Part shown: positions 52,237-61,491 of the stretch, piece by piece
How positions within the stretch are numbered: the first letter of the stretch is position 1
Layout: every line of letters begins with the position of its first letter
NCBI GenBank assembly: GCA_027622665.1
Contig: JAQBYT010000001.1
Location: forward strand, 384,001-448,000
DNA: 64,000 nucleotides
Direction: 5' to 3'
Origin: Verrucomicrobiota bacterium
GTDB taxonomy: Bacteria; Verrucomicrobiota; Verrucomicrobiia; Opitutales; Seribacteraceae
Notes under the pieces: generated by a model
Seen by the model: only the letters and a program-made list of their open reading frames with translations
Databases searched by the model: none
What the model was told of the DNA's origin: nothing
Program-made: the position numbers and the translations under genes

Positions 52237-53028
52237 ATGAGTCTCCAAAACTCACGAGTCAAAGAACTTGTGAAGCTCCGTGAATCTCCTCGACGGCGTA
52301 GGGAGTTGAGCCTTTTTCCCATTGAAGGGTTGCGAGAAATCGAAGTTGGCATTGATGCCGAGCGCATTTTCACGGAGGTTTATTTTTGTCCGTCTTTTTT
52401 TCGTGAGCGAGGAGAGGAGATTCTTTTACACCGCTTCAAGGAGGCTGACGCCGAGCTTGTCGAACTGGGTAAAGATGCCTTTGCAAAGTCGGCTTATCGT
52501 GAAAACCCGGAGGGATTGATCGCCCTTGCCAAGACCTTCGACTTGCAGCCCAGTCGTCTTTCTTTAGGGGCTAAGCCGCTCGTACTTGTTCTCGATGAAG
52601 TGGAGAAACCGGGCAATCTCGGTGCCGTATTGCGTAGCGCCGAAGCTTTTGGCGTCGACGCCGTCCTGTTGTCGGACGCCGTCGTTGACTTTTTCAACCC
52701 TAACGTCATTCGCTCTTCCCAGGGTCTCTCGTTACGAATGCCAGTTGCCGTTGGATCAAAGGAAGAGGTACTCACCTTTATCCGTGCCCACAAACTAAGC
52801 ATATGTGGCTCCAGTTCCAAGAATGCCGTACCTTTGTGGGAGGGTGATTTCACAAGTGGGGTAGCGATTCTTTTTGGTAGTGAGCGCGAAGGACTTGGAC
52901 CTTTTTGGATGGAGAATCAAGATGAGTCTCTTGTTATTCCGATGTCCGACTCCTCCGATTCCCTGAATCTCTCGGTTTCTGCAGCGTGCTTTCTCTCTGA
53001 GGCCGCAAGGCAGAGGCGGAGCCAGTAG
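52237..53028 (+). CDS. TrmH/SpoU family RNA methyltransferase
   Basis: VEKPGNLGAVLRSA, LFGSEREGL, IPM...DSLNLSVS. Confidence 0.92.
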   Translation: MSLQNSRVKELVKLRESPRRRRELSLFPIEGLREIEVGIDAERIFTEVYFCPSFFRERGEEILLHRFKEADAELVELGKDAFAKSAYRENPEGLIALAKTFDLQPSRLSLGAKPLVLVLDEVEKPGNLGAVLRSAEAFGVDAVLLSDAVVDFFNPNVIRSSQGLSLRMPVAVGSKEEVLTFIRAHKLSICGSSSKNAVPLWEGDFTSGVAILFGSEREGLGPFWMENQDESLVIPMSDSSDSLNLSVSAACFLSEAARQRRSQ

Positions 53029-54030
53029 CTACCCAAGTCCTTTGACTGAAGCTTTTAACCAATCGACCGTGTCGCTGAGGCCGTCCTTCATTGATACGAT
53101 CGGCTCGTAGCCAAGATCCCGTCGAGCCGCGTCGATCGAAAACCAGTGATCTTTGGCAAGCTGGACGGCAACGAATCGAGTCATTGGGGGCTCGCCTGTA
53201 AGCCGAAGTACTTTCCAAATTAACTCCAGCACGAAACCCAAGGAGTGTGCGGAGCGAAAGGAAACCTTCTTGGAGAGTGGCGGGAGATCGAGATGGGAAA
53301 AGAGGTGGTTTAGCCATTTCCACAGAGCAACGGGGTCATCCTGCGAAATGAAATAGGCTTGCCCGCCAGAGTGGCGGCCTGATGCGAGGGCGTCCAGAGC
53401 CAATATATGAGCGTGAGCAACATTATCGACATGGGTTAGATCCATATGGTTTTCGCCCGACCCCACAATGCGCAGTTTACCTGCCATGTGTCGTGCTATA
53501 GCTTTTGGCAGTAGGTGAGGGTCGCCCGGCCCCCATACGAGATGCGGCCTGAGTGCGAGGGTTTTAAGACCGCTTTTCCCATTGGCGGCGAGGACTTCAC
53601 GCTCAGCTTCTGCCTTGGTTCGAGCATAATGGCAGAGCCAGTTGCTGCCGTAGGGCAGCGACTCGTCGGCTCCGCGAAAGGATTCGCCGGAAAAAACAAC
53701 GCTGGGAGAACTGGTGTGGATTAGGATGTTAATGCTGTGCGTACGGCAGGCCTCGAGGATTTGACGGGTGGCCGATACATTGGCCGCATGATAGCTTGAC
53801 GCGGAACCCCAGACGCCTGCTTTTGCGGCAATGTGAAAGACGGCGTCCACGCCTTGGCATATCACTTCGGGAATCGTTTCGCGGGCAAGGTCAACTTGGT
53901 GAAAGACCGAACTGGTTTCCTCCTTGGGTGTGGTACGGCCAATTACATGAACCTCGTGTCCATTTTCCAATAGGCGCCGGACGACTCGCCCGCCAATAAA
54001 TCCGGAGCCGCCTGTTACGAGAACCTTCAT
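53029..54030 (-). CDS. oleD: OleD-like 2-alkyl-3-oxoalkanoate reductase (3-beta-HSD-like SDR)
   Basis: VTGGSGFIG, HIAAKAGVWG, TSSPSVVF, HYARTK, LRPHLVWGPGDPHL, EPPMTRF; overlaps the oleC-like gene. Confidence 0.8.
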   Translation of the reverse strand: MKVLVTGGSGFIGGRVVRRLLENGHEVHVIGRTTPKEETSSVFHQVDLARETIPEVICQGVDAVFHIAAKAGVWGSASSYHAANVSATRQILEACRTHSINILIHTSSPSVVFSGESFRGADESLPYGSNWLCHYARTKAEAEREVLAANGKSGLKTLALRPHLVWGPGDPHLLPKAIARHMAGKLRIVGSGENHMDLTHVDNVAHAHILALDALASGRHSGGQAYFISQDDPVALWKWLNHLFSHLDLPPLSKKVSFRSAHSLGFVLELIWKVLRLTGEPPMTRFVAVQLAKDHWFSIDAARRDLGYEPIVSMKDGLSDTVDWLKASVKGLG

Positions 54031-55685
54031 GGCAAATACGCTTGGGCTTGGGCAACTTTCGCCTTTATCGCTCCTTTGCGGGCAAGGCTGAGACGGTGAA
54101 TCTTTGCGTTGTGTCGCGTGTCCACAGGCAAAGATCGCTCGAAGAAGATAAGCCTAATTAAGCGAAGGCGTTCGTGCTCGTGAAGCTTTTCGAGAATTGT
54201 TTTGGCCAAGCGTTTCTTGTCGGCCATCGTTTCCGGGAAATGTTCGGTTTCGGGTTCCACCACGAGGGCAGGTTCCTTTTCCCGATCATCGCCTAAGCCG
54301 ATCAGGGCACTGCGGCGAACCTCGGTCAGCGCATTGACGATGGGTTCGCATCTTTCAGTCTCAAGGGGACCATCGGAGGTGCGGACGCATTCCGCTTTGC
54401 GGCCGAGAAAACGCAAGTAGCCTTTTCGGTCGAAATAACCGAGGTCGCCCATGCGGTGAAGAATTCGTTTATCGTCGCATACCTTAGAATCATAAGTCGC
54501 CCCTGGCATTCGATAGTAGCTTTTGGTTACGACTGGGCCGGCGACCGCGATTTCGCCCACTTCTCCGTCCCGTAGCTCTTCGACTTCACCGAGGTTTGGA
54601 ATCGGCGAATTGCATACGGGGAGAATTCGGATGTCTATATTTGGAAGGGGTTTGCCGAGACAGGAACCTTCACCTTGCTCCGTGCTTTCGCGCGTAGCTA
54701 AAATGTCATCTGCATCGGCAACGGACAAGGGTAGGGCCTCGGTCGCTCCATAAGGCGCGAGAATGCGTGCGTTTGGGAGGATTGGAATTAATTTTTGGAC
54801 AAGGGCCGGAGGTGCTGCGGCCCCAGCAATGAATATGCGACGAATGCCGGGGAGCTCTACTTTGTGGGTCTCGCAATGGTCGGCAATTTTTCGCCAAAGG
54901 ACCGGGGATCCGAACGCACTCGTGATTTTGTGCTTTCGCATAGCGGCGACAAGCTTGCCTGCATCGGCTTGTGCCGGTTTGCGCGGATCCATGTCGGGTA
55001 TTACGCTGGTCATGCCGAGAGCGGGGTTGAATAGGGCGAAAACGGGAAGTGTCACCAAATCTTGCTCGCCGGTCTCGATGCCGAAATTCTTTTTCAGCAT
55101 CTGCACTTGCGCGGCAAATGTGCCGTGGTCGTAACAGACTCCTTTGGGAGGGCCGGTGGAACCTGAGGTAAACAGAATTGCGGCCAGATCATCCGCGTTG
55201 ACTTCTGCGGCATGGAGGGGTTCCAAGGATTGATGATTCCTCAATTCTCGCAGGAAGTGATTTCCTCGCACGACGACTTTTTTATGTACCCCCGAGAATG
55301 AGCCGCGAAAAAAGCGTGACAGAAGCCATGCCAAAGGGATACCGATGAGTCCGTCCGGCTTTGTGCTCTTCACGCATCTCAACAAGTTTTGCAGTCCCAT
55401 CCCGGAGTCAATTACCACCGGGCAAGCTCCTAGCAGAAAAAGCGCGAACACGTTAAGTATGAGTTCGTAGCCCGGATGAACCATGACCAGAATTTTATCC
55501 TGTGGCCGAATGTCGCGTTCGGATAGAAGGCGTGCGCATGCGGCCACGTCTTTTTCCAATTCGGCAAAGGTGCGAGCGGCAAAAGCTCCTTCTCTGGCTG
55601 GAAGAATTGCCGTTTTGTGAGGTTGGTTTTGGGCCGCGAGAGCCAAGTGGGCTGCCACGTTTACCGGTTCGCGGCCTTCATTCAT
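54027..55685 (-). CDS. oleC: OleC-like olefin beta-lactone synthetase (AMP-binding superfamily)
   Basis: NVAAHL, IDSGMG, AAILFTSGSTGPPKGV, PYGATEALP, HRMGDLG, PVDTRHNAKI. Confidence 0.8.
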   Translation of the reverse strand: MNEGREPVNVAAHLALAAQNQPHKTAILPAREGAFAARTFAELEKDVAACARLLSERDIRPQDKILVMVHPGYELILNVFALFLLGACPVVIDSGMGLQNLLRCVKSTKPDGLIGIPLAWLLSRFFRGSFSGVHKKVVVRGNHFLRELRNHQSLEPLHAAEVNADDLAAILFTSGSTGPPKGVCYDHGTFAAQVQMLKKNFGIETGEQDLVTLPVFALFNPALGMTSVIPDMDPRKPAQADAGKLVAAMRKHKITSAFGSPVLWRKIADHCETHKVELPGIRRIFIAGAAAPPALVQKLIPILPNARILAPYGATEALPLSVADADDILATRESTEQGEGSCLGKPLPNIDIRILPVCNSPIPNLGEVEELRDGEVGEIAVAGPVVTKSYYRMPGATYDSKVCDDKRILHRMGDLGYFDRKGYLRFLGRKAECVRTSDGPLETERCEPIVNALTEVRRSALIGLGDDREKEPALVVEPETEHFPETMADKKRLAKTILEKLHEHERLRLIRLIFFERSLPVDTRHNAKIHRLSLARKGAIKAKVAQAQAYLP

Positions 55686-55693
55686 GAGTGCAT

Positions 55694-56623
55694 CTATTCC
55701 TTTTCAGCGAGCCAACGCTCTGCTTCTATCGCCGCCTGGCATCCCATTCCTGCGGCAGTTATGGCCTGACGATAGGCATGATCCGCGCAATCGCCGGCAA
55801 CGTATACGCCCGGCACGGAGGAGCGAACCATGCTGTTCTGCTCGGGGACAAGGTAACCATCTTCGTCGAGTTCGAGGACGCCTTCAAACGGTTTCGTGTT
55901 GGGGATGTGCCCAATGGCAATAAAAACACCCTTGCAGGGAACGTTGCTCGTGTCGTTGGCTTTAAGATTCCGGATTTTAACAGCGTTTGCCTTGCCGTCT
56001 TCGCCGGCTAAAACCTCTTCGACGGCAGAATCCCAAATCACCTCGATTTTTTCGTGAGCAAGTGCCCGTTCGGCCATGATTCTTGACGCTCGGAGCTCAC
56101 CTCTTCGGTGAACAAGAGTTACTTTGGAGCAAAACCTTGTAAGGAAAAGGGATTCTTCGCATGCTGAATCGCCACCGCCAACAACGACAACGTCCATGTC
56201 TCTGTAGAATGCGCCATCGCAAGTGGCGCAAGTGGTGACTCCTTTACCGCCATACATTTCTTTCTCGCCCGGTATGCCCAGAAGGCGAGGGGCGGCTCCG
56301 GTGGCAATGATGACGGTGCGGGCCTCGAAGCTCTTTTCACCGGCATAAAGAATTTTGCGTTCCTCGGAAAAATCGACGCGATCGACTAATGCGCTCTCAA
56401 AACGAGAGCCGAAACGAGCGGCTTGCTTGCGAAGATTGTCCATGAGCATGAAACCGTCGATGCCTTCGGGAAATCCAGGAAAGTTTTCCACTTCCGAGGT
56501 TGTGGTTAATTGCCCGCCAGGCAGGTCGCCCTCGAGTATCAGGGGCTGAAGATTAGCCCTCGCGGTGTAAATGCCCGCAGTGAACCCTGCGCAACCTGTT
56601 CCCAAGATGATGACGTTTTCCAT
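55694..56623 (-). CDS. trxB: Thioredoxin reductase
   Basis: [44 protein letters not shown]. Confidence 0.96.
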   Translation of the reverse strand: MENVIILGTGCAGFTAGIYTARANLQPLILEGDLPGGQLTTTSEVENFPGFPEGIDGFMLMDNLRKQAARFGSRFESALVDRVDFSEERKILYAGEKSFEARTVIIATGAAPRLLGIPGEKEMYGGKGVTTCATCDGAFYRDMDVVVVGGGDSACEESLFLTRFCSKVTLVHRRGELRASRIMAERALAHEKIEVIWDSAVEEVLAGEDGKANAVKIRNLKANDTSNVPCKGVFIAIGHIPNTKPFEGVLELDEDGYLVPEQNSMVRSSVPGVYVAGDCADHAYRQAITAAGMGCQAAIEAERWLAEKE

Positions 56624-56730
56624 TTTTTCTGTTATCCGAAGATTGTTATTGTACTTAGTATTTCTAAAAGTGAAAGTCGATTTCGGTTTACGTGGAGGCG
56701 GAGGCAACGTTTTTCCTTCATTAGTTGAAT

Positions 56731-57534
56731 ATGAATTGGATCGACAGCCATTGCCATTTGGAAGGGTTTCTCAAGAAAGGAACTCTTTCCGAAATCCTCG
56801 GACGTACTCGTGAAGCGGGTATTTCACATTTGGTCGCGATTGGAACCGAACCCGAAGATTGGAAGGTCAACCATGATCTGGCCACGCAATTTTTAGACGA
56901 AATCCATTATACCGTTGGTTTGCATCCGAACCATGTCGATAGCTCATGGGAATACCATACTGTGAGCTTACAAGCTTTTTTTGCCTTAGAGCCAAAGCCT
57001 GTTGCTGTAGGAGAAATCGGGCTGGATTACTTTCGCTTGCCGAAAGAGGAGGCAAAGGCAGCGCCCATGAAAGCTAACCAGCGGGCGGCCTTTCGGTACC
57101 AATTGGCCTTGGCCAAGGAATTGGGTATGCCCGTGGTCGTCCATTGTCGGGGCGCTTTTGCTGATTGCGTTGCGGAAATCGATGACTCCGGCGTTGAGTG
57201 GAACAAAGTTGTTTTTCACTGTTTTGCCGATGGGCCGAATGAAATGAGGCAGTTAATGGAACGAGGCGGTCGTGGCTCTTTTACGGGTATAGTTACTTTC
57301 GGAAACGCAGAGAATGTCCGTGAAGCTGCTCTCTTGCAGGGTTTGGAAAAACTTATGCTGGAAACGGATAGCCCTTATCTTGCCCCCGTCCCCTTTCGTG
57401 GAAAATCGAACGAGCCTTCATTCCTTCCTTATATCGGTAAATATTTGTCGAAGGCTTTAGAGGTGGAGGAGGCAGATCTTGCTGCAATTACGACTCGCAA
57501 CACCCTTGACTTTTACTGCTTGTCCTCGTCATGA
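56731..57534 (+). CDS. tatD: TatD family nuclease
   Basis: [32 protein letters not shown]. Confidence 0.93.
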   Translation: MNWIDSHCHLEGFLKKGTLSEILGRTREAGISHLVAIGTEPEDWKVNHDLATQFLDEIHYTVGLHPNHVDSSWEYHTVSLQAFFALEPKPVAVGEIGLDYFRLPKEEAKAAPMKANQRAAFRYQLALAKELGMPVVVHCRGAFADCVAEIDDSGVEWNKVVFHCFADGPNEMRQLMERGGRGSFTGIVTFGNAENVREAALLQGLEKLMLETDSPYLAPVPFRGKSNEPSFLPYIGKYLSKALEVEEADLAAITTRNTLDFYCLSSS

Positions 57535-57547
57535 CTGATAGACTGTT

Positions 57548-57913
57548 ATGGCATCCGACAAGGCAACGATACAGGAACTCATCCTGACGATACGCTCTTT
57601 TGCTCAAGATCGAGATTGGGAACAATTTCATGCTCCCAAAAATCTTTCGATGGCTCTTGCCGCAGAAGCCGGAGAACTCATGGAGCATTTTCTTTGGTGC
57701 GAGAGCGAAAAATCCCGCCAGTTTTGCGATAATCCGGAGAAGAAAGCTGCCATCGCCGATGAGTTGGCCGATGTATTGATATATGCCCTAAGATTTGCCG
57801 ATGTTGCATGTATCGATCCCGTAGTTGCGATTAACGAAAAGATGCAGAAAAACAAAGATCGTTATCCTGTGGATAAAGCTAAGGGAAAATCCGACAAATA
57901 TAATGAATTATGA
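57548..57913 (+). CDS. MazG-like (dCTP pyrophosphatase-type) nucleotide pyrophosphohydrolase
   Basis: RDWEQFHAPKNLSMALAAEAGELMEHF, DELADVLIY. Confidence 0.92.
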   Translation: MASDKATIQELILTIRSFAQDRDWEQFHAPKNLSMALAAEAGELMEHFLWCESEKSRQFCDNPEKKAAIADELADVLIYALRFADVACIDPVVAINEKMQKNKDRYPVDKAKGKSDKYNEL

Positions 57914-57974
57914 TTTATGATATTGGGGTTGAATCCTAATCGATTTCAATGTTCGATAAACCTTTTTAACCGTA

Positions 57975-58658
57975 ATGGACATTAAGAATAAAAGAGCTCA
58001 AGTAATTGTAAACTTGCACAAATTAAGGCGCAAAGCGAAAGAGCTTGAAGCTACTCAATCAGCAGGTACTGACAGCAAGGCAGATATGGAAGCCTGCCGG
58101 GGGGAGATAAATATTCTTCAAAAGGAATTGGATTCAATTAATGAGGGAGGTCACACCACTTTCTTGAAGGCCAAGAATATGCTCCAGCCCAAAAAGGGCA
58201 TTTCTGGAAAGAATCGTCGTATTAAATGGCGAAAGGCCCAAATCGAGAAACGCATTGCGAGATTAGAGACTAGGCAAGAAGAAGCCGACGTAACCGACGA
58301 AGAGCGGGCCGAGAATGTTGTCAAACTCGCAAAGTTTCGGGACGAGCTTGCTTCTCTTGACGAAGAAAAATCGGCTCTCAAAGATTTCAATCACACAAGG
58401 TTTATGGCCGCGCACAAAGATGATAGTCAGGGAGATAAGCAGAATGACGAAATCGAGCAAGTGAACAAAAAGATTCACGATCTGGAGACCAAGTTGGAGC
58501 GGGCGAGCAAAGAAAGCAACGCCCCCTCGGTCGAGGACTTGAAAGAAGAGCTTCATTTGTTGGAGATGGAAAAGGAATCCATCGAAAACTTTACTCACGA
58601 CCTTTTTCTTAAAAACCTCGCAAACCTAAAAGCCAAAAGGCGTAGCGAGCTTAAGTAA
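57975..58658 (+). CDS. Hypothetical coiled-coil protein with three internal repeats
   Basis: Charged helical composition; repeats end in H-x-x-F. Confidence 0.7.
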   Translation: MDIKNKRAQVIVNLHKLRRKAKELEATQSAGTDSKADMEACRGEINILQKELDSINEGGHTTFLKAKNMLQPKKGISGKNRRIKWRKAQIEKRIARLETRQEEADVTDEERAENVVKLAKFRDELASLDEEKSALKDFNHTRFMAAHKDDSQGDKQNDEIEQVNKKIHDLETKLERASKESNAPSVEDLKEELHLLEMEKESIENFTHDLFLKNLANLKAKRRSELK

Positions 58659-58732
58659 TTCGATTCCGCGTTTTATTTTAAGGAGTGGCGACCTCGGATG
58701 GGCTTTCTTTTAAGTACCCTTAAACCATTGCT

Positions 58733-60580
58733 TTAACTTTCCTTTTCGGATCGCCCTGATTGCTTTATTTGCTCGGCGTAGATGGTTACCTGAGCCTTTT
58801 CTCCCTTAACCAACTCCTTGGCTCTTCGAATGGCCTTGGCGACTGAAAGAGTTGGATTGCTTGGGCTGTCTATGAAGAGGTTTTTGCGATTGAGGCGTGG
58901 AAGCAGTCCCGAGTTTCGAAAAATGCGCAAAATATCTTTTCGTATCTCGCACAAAAGTACATGGCAATTCTTCTCTTTGAGATAGTCCAATAACTCTTCC
59001 AGTGCCAGCACTGAAGTGGCATCAAGATGGTGGGCATTACGTAACTTTAGCACAAGTACACGCAGGTTCCGGTCTTCGCCCACCCTCCGTATTTGTTCGT
59101 AAAACAATTCGGCGGCTGCAAAAAACAATTCGCCTTCCACATGGACGATCGAAACTTCAGGTTCCGGTCGTTTTGCGTTATCGGAGATGGCCGCGAGATG
59201 ACCTTCCTTAGTATAGCCGTACTCCACTAACTCGGGTTCGGACACCTTCCTTAAAAATAAAAGTATCGACGTGGTCACTCCTGCAAAAATCGCGATTTGT
59301 AAAGAAAGCAACAGGCCGAAAACGAGAGTTACCGTGAACGCGATACCGTCCGAGCGCGTGGCTCGAGCCACGGCTCGAATCTGCTTTGATCTGATCAGGG
59401 ATGCACCAATGAACACCACCAAGGTGGCTAAGGCCGGCAAAGGGACGTAGCTTACGAGATGTCCGAGAAAAAAGGCAGCCGCCAACACTATCAGCCCGGC
59501 AAAAAGCATGGAAACCTGGGATCGGGCTCCACTTTGAGTATTGACCGTAGACCGAGTCAAAGATCCAGACGCCGGCATGCCGGAGAAAAAGGCACATGCC
59601 AAGTTGCTCGCGCCAATGGCAAAAGTTTCTTGGTTGGCATTTAGGCGTTCTCCCGCTCGAGCGGCTAATGACTTGCCGATGGAAATGCCTTCCAGTGCGC
59701 AAAGCAGGGCCAAGGCTCCAGCGGTCCAACAGATCGTGCCAAAAGAAGAAATGCCTATTGCGTCGAAGTCAGGCAGTGAAAAAATCCCTACTCCTGCTGA
59801 AAAAGCTTCCAAGGTTTGTAGCTCTAAACCGTATGCCTTGAAGCCGAGCGACGCGATTGATGCGAGGGCCAAGGTAATCGCAACATTAGGCAGCTTGCAA
59901 AAACGTCCCCGAAGCAAAAGAAAAAGTACGGCCGTCAAGGCACTCATTGCAATCGCCGGTCCAGAAGCATTGCCTATCGACCGAATCGTTGCCCATGCCA
60001 CCTCGAGAAAGGTCGACGGAGCGTCCCCGCCTTCAAAACGAAAACCGAGGATATGGTGGCACTGGTTGGCGATGATGAGGACGGCGGCAGCCGTCACGTA
60101 CGCCGTGATCACCGTTCGGGAAACGTATTGTACCATGGTGGCTAGGCGTAACCAGGAGGCGACGACAAGAAAGATGCCGGCTAGCAATGGAAAAAGAGGC
60201 AGCAGCGCCAGCGCTTCGCCTGAAGCTACTCCGCCTGCGTCGGTTAATTGCAATCCGGCGAATGTTCCGAAAAGAAGCACCGCAGTAGCATTGGTGGGGC
60301 CAAGGGCGATAAAGCGAGATCCCGTGAAAAGCGAACCCACGATGGCCGCCACCGCCGAACCAAAGATACCGTACTTTATGGGAATTCCCGCAACCAAGGC
60401 ATAAGCCATTCCCTGAGGAAAAGCCAATAGGGCAACGTTCAGCGCTGCCCTAAAGTCTCCCGAAAAGTCTTCTCGCTTGTAGTTTCCGAGTGCTTGGAGG
60501 ATGGGAAACAATCTTATTCCGGGAGAAATGGCTGCAGGCAAATGCCCGAAAGCTCCCGATTTGTTTTTTTTTGGCGCCAT
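58733..60580 (-). CDS. SulP family anion transporter with STAS domain
   Basis: AFPQGMAYALVAG, GPTNA, SGSLTRS, GELFFAAAE, LDATS. Confidence 0.93.
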   Translation of the reverse strand: MAPKKNKSGAFGHLPAAISPGIRLFPILQALGNYKREDFSGDFRAALNVALLAFPQGMAYALVAGIPIKYGIFGSAVAAIVGSLFTGSRFIALGPTNATAVLLFGTFAGLQLTDAGGVASGEALALLPLFPLLAGIFLVVASWLRLATMVQYVSRTVITAYVTAAAVLIIANQCHHILGFRFEGGDAPSTFLEVAWATIRSIGNASGPAIAMSALTAVLFLLLRGRFCKLPNVAITLALASIASLGFKAYGLELQTLEAFSAGVGIFSLPDFDAIGISSFGTICWTAGALALLCALEGISIGKSLAARAGERLNANQETFAIGASNLACAFFSGMPASGSLTRSTVNTQSGARSQVSMLFAGLIVLAAAFFLGHLVSYVPLPALATLVVFIGASLIRSKQIRAVARATRSDGIAFTVTLVFGLLLSLQIAIFAGVTTSILLFLRKVSEPELVEYGYTKEGHLAAISDNAKRPEPEVSIVHVEGELFFAAAELFYEQIRRVGEDRNLRVLVLKLRNAHHLDATSVLALEELLDYLKEKNCHVLLCEIRKDILRIFRNSGLLPRLNRKNLFIDSPSNPTLSVAKAIRRAKELVKGEKAQVTIYAEQIKQSGRSEKES

Positions 60581-60666
60581 TTTCAAGTTCTCGCGTTTGG
60601 CAAAATAGCGATGACTCGAAATTCTCCAAGTTCTTTCGCTCAAATGGAATTTTTTTCGAATTCTCC

Positions 60667-60693
60667 TAAAGTTTTTAGTTTTCCGGCCGATTG
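60667..60693 (+). promoter_or_regulatory. Sigma28 (FliA) promoter
   Basis: TAAAGTTT-N11-GCCGATTG versus consensus TAAAGTTT-N11-GCCGATAA, upstream of flagellin genes. Confidence 0.85.
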
Positions 60694-60701
60694 TTTTAGT
60701 A

Positions 60702-60792
60702 GCTGCATGGATGCGGCCTAATTACTACATAGGTCCCGACCCACAAGGAGGTAGGTCAAGACTGTTCAACCACACTTTTTCCAGGAGGAAGA
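60702..60792 (+). promoter_or_regulatory. Three GGA-loop hairpins (CsrA/RsmA-type sites) immediately after the sigma28 promoter
   Basis: GCTGC-ATGGAT-GCGGC (60702-17); GACCCAC-AAGGAG-GTAGGTC (60738-57); TTTTCC-AGGA-GGAAGA (60777-92). Confidence 0.75.
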
Positions 60793-60795
60793 TTA

Positions 60796-61104
60796 GTGGC
60801 GACCGTTACCTTTACTTACTCATATTCTTTTAGTGGAGGTCGTGGGCAGCATCTACTTCGGCGGATGTCGTACACGGCTCTCCACATAGGCGATTGCCTT
60901 GCGGCTCTGCTGCGTACTCGTAGGCCGGGGTCTCCGTCTTGTGGTCCTCCCGGGCGAGCTTTGCCCGAATCTCTAAGTATTCTTTATAGATGGGTTGCTT
61001 GGGGTCCTGTTGCATTTCCTTTACCTCTAAGGGTGGGAATGGACAATTTGTCGTGTCCTCATGCCGCCCTCGTGTTTTCCCGCAACTTTATGACAACCCA
61101 TTAA
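60796..61104 (+). other. Doubtful 102-aa ORF with strong SD, possible remnant or leader ORF
   Basis: AGGAGG at 60783-88, 7 nt before GTG; product resembles no family I recognise. Confidence 0.3.
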
Positions 61105-61373
61105 CTAATATATGAACTCTTAACAGAGCAAGAGCTCCGCCAGGATGGCGGCGCCTACTCGCATTCACCTGCAAACTATTTCCGAGACAAGGAAGTCTCC
61201 TCATGCAACTTAGCAATTTCGTAACTTTACAGTCGCGAGGGCACCATCCCCGCAAATCTGTTCGGGTCTTCCCGTCCAGACCCTTAACTGGCTGTGTACC
61301 CTGCGGCTTGAAGGGAAGTTCATCTTTGGTATCCGTCTGTCGGAAAACTCACAAATCTCTCTTTTCCAAATAA
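61095..61373 (+). pseudogene. Duplicated flagellin leader plus truncated flagellin start (56-aa ORF, 61203-61373)
   Basis: Block ~61095-61241 resembles 61384-61530 (offset 289 nt); MQLSNFVTLQSRG vs MQLTNYGFIESRG, then unrelated sequence. Confidence 0.7.
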
Positions 61374-61419
61374 ACCAACAATAAACCCATAAACTAATCA
61401 ATGAACCTTACCTGATTTA

Positions 61420-61488
61420 GGGCTCCGCCAGGAGGGCGGCGCCCAATCATTTAATTACTAAATGTAAACCCTGAGACAAGGAGGTCTC
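61420..61488 (+). promoter_or_regulatory. Two CsrA-type GGA hairpins in the flagellin 5' UTR, the second holding the SD in its loop
   Basis: CCGCC-AGGAG-GGCGG (61425-39); GAGAC-AAGGAG-GTCTC (61473-88), ATG at 61492. Confidence 0.8.
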
Positions 61489-61491
61489 GTT

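Noticed and set aside
59541..60404. 287-aa antisense ORF within SulP
   Set aside because: Shadow ORF of a hydrophobic, GC-rich gene; no recognisable motifs
60700..61490. Repeated hairpins as a CRISPR array or REP elements
   Set aside because: Not identical or regularly spaced, no cas genes; better explained as CsrA-type sites
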